Origin: Planctomycetota bacterium
GTDB taxonomy: Bacteria; Planctomycetota; B15-G4; JADJEK01
Reading direction: 5' to 3'
Assembly (NCBI GenBank): GCA_044225365.1
Contig: JBGAIQ010000078.1
Location: forward strand, 1 to 22,061
DNA: 22,061 bases
Position 1 is the first letter of the stretch; each line of letters opens with the position of its first letter. Under the pieces are notes generated by a model, which worked only from the letters and a program-made list of their open reading frames with translations, was not told where the DNA came from and did no database searches. Positions 1-6,802 of this stretch are shown in pieces. Made by a program: the position numbers and the translations under genes.

Positions 1-155
1 GTCACGAAGAGGACGAGGCGCTTCACGACGAGGTCGTCCTGCTGGCACACCGCGACGGTGGGTCGCCAGCGATCGAAGCGAGCGGGCCCGAATCCCCCGT
101 CGAGCGTGGTGCCGAGGAATCCGAAGACGGTGACGCCGTGATGGGACTTAGCCAT
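1..155 (-). CDS. rtcR: RtcR, sigma54-dependent RNA-repair transcriptional activator (N-terminal CARF region; partial, continues beyond position 1)
   Basis: Manual translation from the ATG at 155 gives MAKSHHGVTVFGFLGTTLDGGFGPARFDRWRPTVAVCQQDDLVVKRLVLFV. This matches the RtcR N-terminal pattern (FGFxGTxLD...RWRPTxxxCQQ). It is divergent from rtcB/rtcA as in known rtc loci. Absent from the ORF track. Confidence 0.93.
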   Translation of the reverse strand, partial: MAKSHHGVTVFGFLGTTLDGGFGPARFDRWRPTVAVCQQDDLVVKRLVLFV

Positions 156-166
156 GGGGATCAAAA

Positions 167-180
167 CTATCCGATAGGAT
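167..180. promoter_or_regulatory. Putative RtcR upstream activator site (overlapping inverted repeats)
   Basis: CTATCCGATAGGAT contains CTATC-C-GATAG (167-177) and ATCC-GATA-GGAT (169-180). It lies about 105-115 bp upstream of the -24 element, a typical enhancer distance. Assignment to RtcR is inferred. Confidence 0.45.
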
Positions 181-281
181 CGAATACGGGAAGAGTTCGC
201 GCGGTCGTCGATTCGCCAAATTCCGTCGCAAGCCAATTATGTTGATGTGGTTGTGTTTCGCGAGACGAGTCCGGCACCTCG

Positions 282-297
282 CGGCACGTCCTTCGCC
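282..297 (+). promoter_or_regulatory. Sigma54 (RpoN) -24/-12 promoter for the rsr-Y RNA-rtcB-rtcA operon
   Basis: CGGCACGTCCTTCGCC has GG at 283-284, exactly 10 nt, then GC at 295-296 (consensus TGGCACG-N4-TTGC). It is next to a sigma54 activator gene. Predicted +1 near 308. Confidence 0.75.
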
Positions 298-367
298 ATG
301 CCTTCATCGCGCTGCGAACGTGGCGCTTTCCTCAGCGTGTGTCCTCTCGTCTCTCGTCGGTGCTTCC

Positions 368-1975
368 ATGGTGAATCGAACCCTTTTCTCGTCGCTTCTC
401 ACGCGCCTCTTCCCCGCGAGCGACGCGGTGAACGAGGCGGGCGGCAGCGCTTACCGCTTCACGGACGAACACGCGCTCGCGCAACTCGCGGTGACCGGGT
501 GTCTGAACCAGACCTACTACGCGGATGCAGGGGCTCAGCTCTCCGCGGTGCGTTCGCTCGTCGCGAAGGTCACTCCCGAGTTCGTCGGCAAGACCGCCAT
601 CTACGCGAGGGAACGCGGATCCATGAAGGACATGCCGGCGCTGCTCCTCGCCGCGCTCGCATCGCCCTCATCGAATGGGGCGGCTGGCTCAGTCCTCGAG
701 CAAGTGTTCTTCCGCGTTGCGAACGACGGCCGGATGATCCGCAGCTTCGTGCAGATCCTGCGGTCGGGCGCGATGGGTCGTCGCTCGCTCGGCTCGCGGC
801 CGAAGCGACTGGTCCGTCGTTACCTCGAATCCGCAGCGCCCGAAGTCCTCTTTTTCGCCGCGATCGGCAACACACCTTCGCTCTCGGACGTGATCAAGAT
901 GGTCCATCCGCGTCCTGCTGACGCGACGCGCGCGGCGCTCTTCGGGTATCTCGTCGATCGAGATCACGATGAGGCGGCGCTTCCCGAGATCGTGCGCGAG
1001 TACGAAGAGTTCAAGCGGGGCGCGTCGAAGGTGCCGGATGTTCCATTCCGCTATCTCACGAACCTGAAACTGTCGACCGCGACGTGGACGGCGATCGCGC
1101 GCAACGCGTCTTGGACGACGGTGCGAATGAACCTGAACACGTTCCTTCGCCATGGCGTCCTTGCGAACGAATCGGTCGTCCGCGAACTCGCGGCGAAGCT
1201 GCGCGATGGGCGCGAAATTCGACGGGCGAGAGCTCTCCCATACCAGATCCTCGTGGCGCTTCGAAACGTGGATCGTGGTGTACCGGCGGAGTTGCGATCG
1301 GCCCTGCACGATGCCCTCGAGATCGCGACGGCGAACGTGCCAGCGATGACGAAGAAGATCGCGGTGGCGATCGACGTCTCGGGCTCGATGGCTTCGCCGC
1401 TGACCGGCGTTCGAAAGGGTGCGACTTCACAGGTCCGCTGCGTCGACGCCGCGGCGCTCTTCGCTGCCTCGATCGTTCGGAAGAACCCGTCGGCGAGCGT
1501 CGTCGCGTTCTCGACCGAGGCGCGTCGCGTCGCACTCGAACCGAAGGACACGATCGCGACGAACACGACGCGGATCAGTTCGCTTCTCGGTGGCGGCACG
1601 AGCGTGAGTTCCGCGCTCGGGCTGCTGAACGCGGAGCGCGAAGCGCCGGACCTCGTCGTGATCTTCTCGGACAATCAGTCGTGGGTCGACACGCGCACGA
1701 GCGGAGCGACGGCGCTGCTCGAGGAGTGGAGTCGCCTGAAGCGTGCGAATCGAAGTGCGCGTCTCGTGCTCGTCGATCTGCAGCCGTACACGACGACCCA
1801 GGCCTTGGATCGCGTCGACGTGATGAACGTCGGCGGGTTCTCCGATTCGGTGTTCACCGTGATCGCCGAGTTCGGAAGCGGGCGAGTGGATGGCCTCGTG
1901 AAGCGAATCGAGGCCGTCGACCTGGACCGCAAGGTGAGCCCTTCCACCGTGAACGTAGAAGTGAAGAACGAATGA
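368..1975 (+). CDS. rsr: Ro60/Rsr-like TROVE-domain RNA-binding protein with C-terminal vWA domain (535 aa)
   Basis: N-terminal NEAGGSAY...HALAQLAVTGCLNQTYYA, KMVHPRP and RMNLNTFLRHGV motifs; MIDAS residues DVSGSM, GGGT, SDNQ. Start moved from 239 to the ATG at 368, because the longer ORF would run through the sigma54 promoter. Confidence 0.92.
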   Translation: MVNRTLFSSLLTRLFPASDAVNEAGGSAYRFTDEHALAQLAVTGCLNQTYYADAGAQLSAVRSLVAKVTPEFVGKTAIYARERGSMKDMPALLLAALASPSSNGAAGSVLEQVFFRVANDGRMIRSFVQILRSGAMGRRSLGSRPKRLVRRYLESAAPEVLFFAAIGNTPSLSDVIKMVHPRPADATRAALFGYLVDRDHDEAALPEIVREYEEFKRGASKVPDVPFRYLTNLKLSTATWTAIARNASWTTVRMNLNTFLRHGVLANESVVRELAAKLRDGREIRRARALPYQILVALRNVDRGVPAELRSALHDALEIATANVPAMTKKIAVAIDVSGSMASPLTGVRKGATSQVRCVDAAALFAASIVRKNPSASVVAFSTEARRVALEPKDTIATNTTRISSLLGGGTSVSSALGLLNAEREAPDLVVIFSDNQSWVDTRTSGATALLEEWSRLKRANRSARLVLVDLQPYTTTQALDRVDVMNVGGFSDSVFTVIAEFGSGRVDGLVKRIEAVDLDRKVSPSTVNVEVKNE

Positions 1976-2106
1976 GAGCGGGTTCGGCGGATGCCGTCGG
2001 GACTCCATGGGCAAACCGGGGCAACCCGGGATCGGGTTCGAATCCCGAGGCTCGCCGCGAGGCGAGTCGTGTCCCGCAATTCCTTGCCGCCGAATCCGCT
2101 CTGTTT
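1975..2106 (+). ncRNA. Y RNA-like (YrlA-related) structured ncRNA
   Basis: 16-bp terminal stem 1975-1990/2087-2102 (one G-U) followed by GTTTT. Inner stem CGGGAC 1998-2003/GTCCCG 2071-2076. GCAA hairpin 2016-2029. T arm TCGGG-TTCGAAT-CCCGA 2032-2048. 8-bp GCGA-capped hairpin 2049-2068. Located between Ro60 and rtcB, where Salmonella carries yrlB/yrlA. Exact ends uncertain. Confidence 0.82.
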
Positions 2107-2130
2107 TCCACGTTCGAATGAGACACAATC

Positions 2131-2172
2131 GGCCGGACGGCGGGCGAATGCCTCGTCGCCCGTCGTCCGGCC
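2131..2172 (+). ncRNA. 17-bp hairpin carrying a Ro60-binding-type motif (mini Y RNA or cis element in the rtcB leader)
   Basis: GGCCGGACGGCGGGCGA (2131-2147) pairs with TCGCCCGTCGTCCGGCC (2156-2172), one G-U, 8-nt loop. It contains GGCGAATG (2143-2150), matching the bacterial Y RNA motif GNCGAAN(0-1)G. The hairpin is directly visible; its function is inferred. Confidence 0.55.
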
Positions 2173-2191
2173 CCTTCTCCCGAGATTCGTC

Positions 2192-3415
2192 ATGACGCAG
2201 TACATCGAGATCGAAACGGCCAACGTGCCGATCAAGGCCTGGATCCAGGGTGTCGAAGCCGACCCCAACGCAATCCAGCAACTTCGAAACGTGGCGAGCT
2301 TGCCCATCGTGCACTCGCACGTGGCCGCGATGCCGGACGTCCACTTCGGGATCGGCGCGACGGTGGGCAGCGTCATCCCGACGAAGCGGGCGATCATCCC
2401 GGCCGCTGTGGGAGTCGACATCGGTTGCGGCATGATGGCGGTGAAGACGTCGCTGCGCGCGGAGGATCTGCCCGACGACCTGAAGGCGATCCGCTCCGCC
2501 ATCGAGGCGGCCGTGCCGCATGGGCGCACCGATCAGGGCGGTCGCAACGACAAGGGCTCGTGGCGTTCCGAGCTGCCGGCGCGCGTCGCGGCGGCGTGGA
2601 AGCTGCTCGAGAAGGACCAGCGTCGCATCGTCGAGAAGCACAAGAAGCTCGACGCCGGCCGCAGCGCGGGCCAGCTCGGTACGCTCGGCAGCGGCAATCA
2701 CTTCATCGAGATGTGTCTCGACGAGAGCGGAAGCGTGTGGATCGTGCTGCATTCCGGCTCGCGCGGAATCGGCAACAAGATCGGCACGCACTTCATCGCT
2801 CTCGCGAAGAAGGACATGGGCCGTCAAGTGGCGAACCTTCCGGATCGCGATCTCGCGTATCTCGAGGAGGGCAGCGCGCACTTCGACGACTACGTCTTCG
2901 CGGTCGACTGGGCGCAGCGCTATGCGCGGCAGAATCGCGAGATCATGATGGCGCACGTGCTCGAAGCGCTCGCGCTGCGCGAGGAGCTGCCGCACTTCAC
3001 GACCGGCGAGATCGCGGTGAACTGTCACCACAACTACGTGCAGCTCGAGCGGCACTTCGGCGAAGACGTGTTCGTCACCCGCAAGGGCGCCGTGCGAGCC
3101 GGCGCGGGCGAACTCGGCATCATCCCGGGATCGATGGGCGCGCGCACCTACATCGTGCGCGGCCTCGGCAATCCCGACAGCTACGAGTCATGCAGCCACG
3201 GCGCAGGGCGCGTGCTCTCGCGCAGCGAGGCGAAGCGGCGCTACAGCGTGGAGGACCACGTGGCCGCCACGGCCGGCGTCGAGTGTCGCAAGGACTCCGG
3301 TGTCCTCGACGAGACCCCGATGGCCTACAAGGACATCGACAAGGTGATGGAGGCGCAGAAGGATCTGGTCGACGTCGTCCACACGCTGAAGCAGGTCGTA
3401 TGCGTGAAGGGGTAA
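2192..3415 (+). CDS. rtcB: RtcB 3'-phosphate/5'-OH RNA ligase (407 aa)
   Basis: Motifs MPDVHFGIGATVG, VGVDIGCGM, GTLGSGNHF, HSGSRG, NCHHNY, RKGA, IPGSMG, SCSHGAGR (guanylylated His) and DETPMAYKDI. Start set at the ATG at 2192; the 1991 extension runs through the ncRNA. Confidence 0.97.
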   Translation: MTQYIEIETANVPIKAWIQGVEADPNAIQQLRNVASLPIVHSHVAAMPDVHFGIGATVGSVIPTKRAIIPAAVGVDIGCGMMAVKTSLRAEDLPDDLKAIRSAIEAAVPHGRTDQGGRNDKGSWRSELPARVAAAWKLLEKDQRRIVEKHKKLDAGRSAGQLGTLGSGNHFIEMCLDESGSVWIVLHSGSRGIGNKIGTHFIALAKKDMGRQVANLPDRDLAYLEEGSAHFDDYVFAVDWAQRYARQNREIMMAHVLEALALREELPHFTTGEIAVNCHHNYVQLERHFGEDVFVTRKGAVRAGAGELGIIPGSMGARTYIVRGLGNPDSYESCSHGAGRVLSRSEAKRRYSVEDHVAATAGVECRKDSGVLDETPMAYKDIDKVMEAQKDLVDVVHTLKQVVCVKG

Positions 3416-3466
3416 CGAGATCGTTTGCGTTCGAGCCCGGTTCGAAGGGCTTGCGGAGTTGCGGTC

Positions 3467-4495
3467 ATGATCGTGATCGATGGTTCGGAGGGCGAGGGTG
3501 GCGGACAGGTGTTGAGATCCTGTCTTTCCCTCGCCCTCCTGACGGGGCGCGAGTTCCACATTCATTCCATTCGTGGCAGGCGCGAGAAGCCGGGATTGAA
3601 GCGACAGCATCTCGTCTGCATCGAGGCTGCGGCGGCGATCGGAACTGCACGCGTCGATGGCGCGAGCGTCGATTCGCGAGAAGTTGTGTTCCGACCGGGG
3701 AAGGTACGGGGCGGCGTTCACCACTTCCCGATCGGCACCGCGGGAAGCACGTCGCTCGTGCTCCAGACCCTGCTCCTGCCTTTGCTCCTCGCCAACGAGC
3801 CGTCGACGCTGGCGATCGAGGGTGGCACGCACAATCCGCTCGCGCCGCCCTATCCCTTCCTCGAGCAGACCTTCCTCCCGATCCTCCGGAAGATGGGCGC
3901 TCGGGTCGCGACGAAGCTCGTGCGGCCTGGGTTCTTCCCGGCGGGAGGTGGCAGGATCGAGGTCGCGATCGAGCCGTCGACGCTGGCGTCGATCGATCTC
4001 GTCGAGCGCGGCGAATGGCGGATCGAGCGGGCGCTCGCCTACGTCGCGAACCTTCCGCTGTCGATCGCGGAACGTGAGCTCGCGGCGATCCGAAAGCGCC
4101 TCGCGATCGATCGTTCGTCGTGTCACGTCGAAGCCACTCGGGAGACGCCGTCGCCCGGGAACTTCGTCACGATCGACGTACGGACCTCGAGTCACGTCGA
4201 GGTGTTCACCGGGTTCGGTGAACGCAGGAAGAGCGCAGAGTGGGTGGCGAACGAAGCCGTCGACCAGGTTCGTGCTTTTCTCGGGACCGGCGTCCCGGTC
4301 TCCGAGCACCTCGCCGATCAACTGCTCCTGCCCTTCGCGGTCGCGGGCGGGGGGAGCTTCCTCTGCGGAGAGCCGAGCGAGCACGCGCGGACGAACGCTG
4401 CGATGATCGAACGCTTCCTTCCCGTGCGCATCTCGTTCGATCGCGACGAGTCGACGCCGTTGCCGATCCATCGCTGCCGCGTCGTGCGGTCCTGA
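3467..4495 (+). CDS. rtcA: RtcA RNA 3'-terminal phosphate cyclase (342 aa)
   Basis: MIVIDGSEGEGGGQVLR, PGLKRQHL, GGTHN..APP, GFFPAGGG, HLADQL and SEHARTN (adenylylated His position). GGAG at 3455-3458 precedes the ATG at 3467. Confidence 0.96.
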   Translation: MIVIDGSEGEGGGQVLRSCLSLALLTGREFHIHSIRGRREKPGLKRQHLVCIEAAAAIGTARVDGASVDSREVVFRPGKVRGGVHHFPIGTAGSTSLVLQTLLLPLLLANEPSTLAIEGGTHNPLAPPYPFLEQTFLPILRKMGARVATKLVRPGFFPAGGGRIEVAIEPSTLASIDLVERGEWRIERALAYVANLPLSIAERELAAIRKRLAIDRSSCHVEATRETPSPGNFVTIDVRTSSHVEVFTGFGERRKSAEWVANEAVDQVRAFLGTGVPVSEHLADQLLLPFAVAGGGSFLCGEPSEHARTNAAMIERFLPVRISFDRDESTPLPIHRCRVVRS

Positions 4496-6541
4496 TCAGC
4501 GGGGGTAGAGGACGAGTCGCCCGAGCGATGCATCCTCGACGCGTCGGAAGCGGGAGAGGAACGGCTCGCCGAGCACGCCTTCCGCATAGGGGGCCGCGTA
4601 GCCGTCGACGACCACCGCCGGCACTCGCGCCGTCGACACGTTGCCGATCACGATCGATGCGAGTTGCACCGTCGGTACCTCGGGCTGCTGCGGATCGGTG
4701 TGGAACTTGATGCGCGGGAGGCTCGGCAACGAGTAACCCGCGCCGACGACGGCGGACGCAGGGAGGACGCTCGTCTTCTCCGTGGGGTCGAGCAGGAGAT
4801 TCACCGACACCGATCCGTTGATGCGCGCCGACACGACGAGTCGAGTGTCGCCGGGCTGGAAGTCGATGACGATCGCGCCCGGACCGCCGGCGAGATCGCG
4901 CGCCCGGTCCGCCTTCACCCGCATCTCCCCAGCGACCTTGGGATCGACGAGTGCCGCTTCGCCGAAGATCTGCGCCGCTTCCTCGAAGCGGCGCGCTTCC
5001 ATGAGGTAGTCGCCCGCCCGAGCGCGCAGGAGCGCATTGCTCGGGAAGAAGCGGCGCTGCTCGAGGAGCAGCTGGATCGCGTCGTTCACGAGTCCTTGCG
5101 CCTTGCGCTGCGCGGCGCCCTCGATGAGCAGTCCCGCGCCCTCGCGCAGGAGTTCGTCTCGCTTCATCGGGTTCTTCACGGCAGCGGTGTTGAAACAGGC
5201 GATCGCACTGACGAGGTCGCCGGTCGCGGCCAGAGCGCGACCCTTCGCGGTCCACAGCTCCGCATCCTCGGGCAATCGCTGTAGCACCTCGGTGAGGATC
5301 GCATTCGCATTCGCCGCGGTGCCGTTCGCGAGCGCATCGCGCGCGATCTCGAGCGTTGCGGAGGAGAGATCCGTCGCCACGTCGGGGAGGAGGCGCGGCT
5401 CCTCGGCGGTGAGCGCGAGCATGAGCCTTACCGCTTCCTCGAACTGTCGAGCGTCGATCAACTGGCGCACGCGCTTCAGTCGAGCCGCGGGCGCACCGGG
5501 TCCTGAACTCCGCAGGAAGAACTCGAGGGGGACGGCGGCGTTGCCGAGCTTTGCGAGCGGCGCTGCCGGATAGGTCGGGAGTGAGTCGGTGCCCTTCTTC
5601 GATTGGAGTGCGAAGACGCGCCCTTCCGCATCGATGGCGACGCCACGGAACTTCGGCTCGGGTTCAGGGCCGTATCGCGGCCCGCCGCTGATTCGATCGA
5701 TCCGTCCGGGCTGGAGTTTGCCCGTGGCTTCCCTCCACTTGCTGTCGTCGACCGGACCGAGCCAAGTGACGTCGACCGGACCCCCGATCGGTGCGTACGG
5801 GATCTCGAGCGCTTTGAACGGCTTCGCCGTCGTCACTTCGAGCAGGGAGAGATCGAACGCCGCGTCCTGCCCCGCGACTCCCGTCACGGGGAGTTCGACG
5901 CCGCTCGCATCCACGACGACGAGGGAGGCAGCGCCGGCCAGCACTCCGAGCGTCGCAACGACCCGCTTCTCGCCACAGGCGAAGCAAGGTGCTTCGTCGA
6001 GTTCCGCGCCGCTCTCGTCGCGCGCGATCACACGCAGGATCGAGGGACCAAAGCGCGCTCGTAGTCCGGCGGGCGTCGTGTCGAGCGGTTCCGTGGGAAC
6101 CGGCGCGGGTTCGGGGAGCTTCACTTCCTCGCGGACCGGCGCGGTCGGAACATCGGTTTGGGGGACGTAGACCACCTGTGGCTTCTCGGCGACCTTGCGC
6201 TCGAGTTCGGCGATCATCGCGCGGAGCCTTTGGAGGTCGGCAGCTTCGTTCTCGAGGGCATCGATCCGCGACGTCACGAAGTGAACCGTCGCCGCGCCGC
6301 CGACGAGCACTCCCACGAGCAGGCCGACGACGAGGATCGCGATCCACGGCGCGCCATGCCCATCGCGTTGACTCTTCGGCACGTCCTGTTTCGCCCCGCA
6401 GCGATCGCAGTAGACGGCGTCGTCCCGGATCGCCTCGAGGCAGTTGCGACAACGTTGCAATTCGTGCTTGCCGAGCGGCGGCTTGTCGTCGCCGACCGGA
6501 GCGACCGGTCCGAACAATGGGACGGAATCGTCGTCGTCCAT
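4496..6541 (-). CDS. Membrane-anchored protein: zinc ribbon, TM helix, coiled coil, degenerate trypsin-like domain, TPR repeats, C-terminal retropepsin-like domain (681 aa)
   Basis: CRNC...CDRC; hydrophobic WIAILVVGLLVGVLVGG; DLSLL and IDAEGRV trypsin-like scaffold; TPR-like helices (LPEDAELWTAKGRAL, FPSNALLRARAGDYL); VSARING..LLLDPT..GVLGEPFLSRF aspartyl-protease-like C terminus. Confidence 0.7.
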   Translation of the reverse strand: MDDDDSVPLFGPVAPVGDDKPPLGKHELQRCRNCLEAIRDDAVYCDRCGAKQDVPKSQRDGHGAPWIAILVVGLLVGVLVGGAATVHFVTSRIDALENEAADLQRLRAMIAELERKVAEKPQVVYVPQTDVPTAPVREEVKLPEPAPVPTEPLDTTPAGLRARFGPSILRVIARDESGAELDEAPCFACGEKRVVATLGVLAGAASLVVVDASGVELPVTGVAGQDAAFDLSLLEVTTAKPFKALEIPYAPIGGPVDVTWLGPVDDSKWREATGKLQPGRIDRISGGPRYGPEPEPKFRGVAIDAEGRVFALQSKKGTDSLPTYPAAPLAKLGNAAVPLEFFLRSSGPGAPAARLKRVRQLIDARQFEEAVRLMLALTAEEPRLLPDVATDLSSATLEIARDALANGTAANANAILTEVLQRLPEDAELWTAKGRALAATGDLVSAIACFNTAAVKNPMKRDELLREGAGLLIEGAAQRKAQGLVNDAIQLLLEQRRFFPSNALLRARAGDYLMEARRFEEAAQIFGEAALVDPKVAGEMRVKADRARDLAGGPGAIVIDFQPGDTRLVVSARINGSVSVNLLLDPTEKTSVLPASAVVGAGYSLPSLPRIKFHTDPQQPEVPTVQLASIVIGNVSTARVPAVVVDGYAAPYAEGVLGEPFLSRFRRVEDASLGRLVLYPR

Positions 6542-6802
6542 GGCGCTCGCAGGGAAATCGCTCTCGAGCTCGAAGGGGGCAGCGTAGACGACCGAGTGCG
6601 TTTTCTCCTGTCCGTGATTCTCTACCTTTTCGGCGGGGCTGCGACGAGTCGATGGTTGTGGTAGGGTCTGCCCCGTAGGAGTTCGCGCGAAGGAGTTCGG
6701 GCCGGGGTCCGCCCCGCGGCGAGGGCGTTCACGCGCGAGGATTCAGAACCACTCGAATCGAGCATTTCGGGCCCTTTCAGCCCAACAACAGAGGATCGCT
6801 TC

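Noticed and set aside
271-286. Alternative sigma54 site at CCGGCACCTC
   Set aside because: GG at 273-274 has CA, not GC, ten bases later, so the spacing rule fails.
239-367. N-terminal ORF extensions in the track (starts at 239, 1991, 3425, 10092, 13420, 17320)
   Set aside because: They overlap a promoter, an ncRNA or neighbouring genes, or precede the family-typical N terminus. Downstream starts fit better.
2016-2076. tRNA gene suggested by GGTTCGAATCCC
   Set aside because: No D arm, no 7-nt anticodon loop and no CCA end. The acceptor-like stem is closed by a tetraloop and the whole unit sits inside a long outer stem, which fits a Y RNA-type mimic better.
2131-2180. Intrinsic terminator
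   Set aside because: No U-tract follows on either strand (CCTTCTCC follows on the plus strand), and it lies inside an apparent operon.
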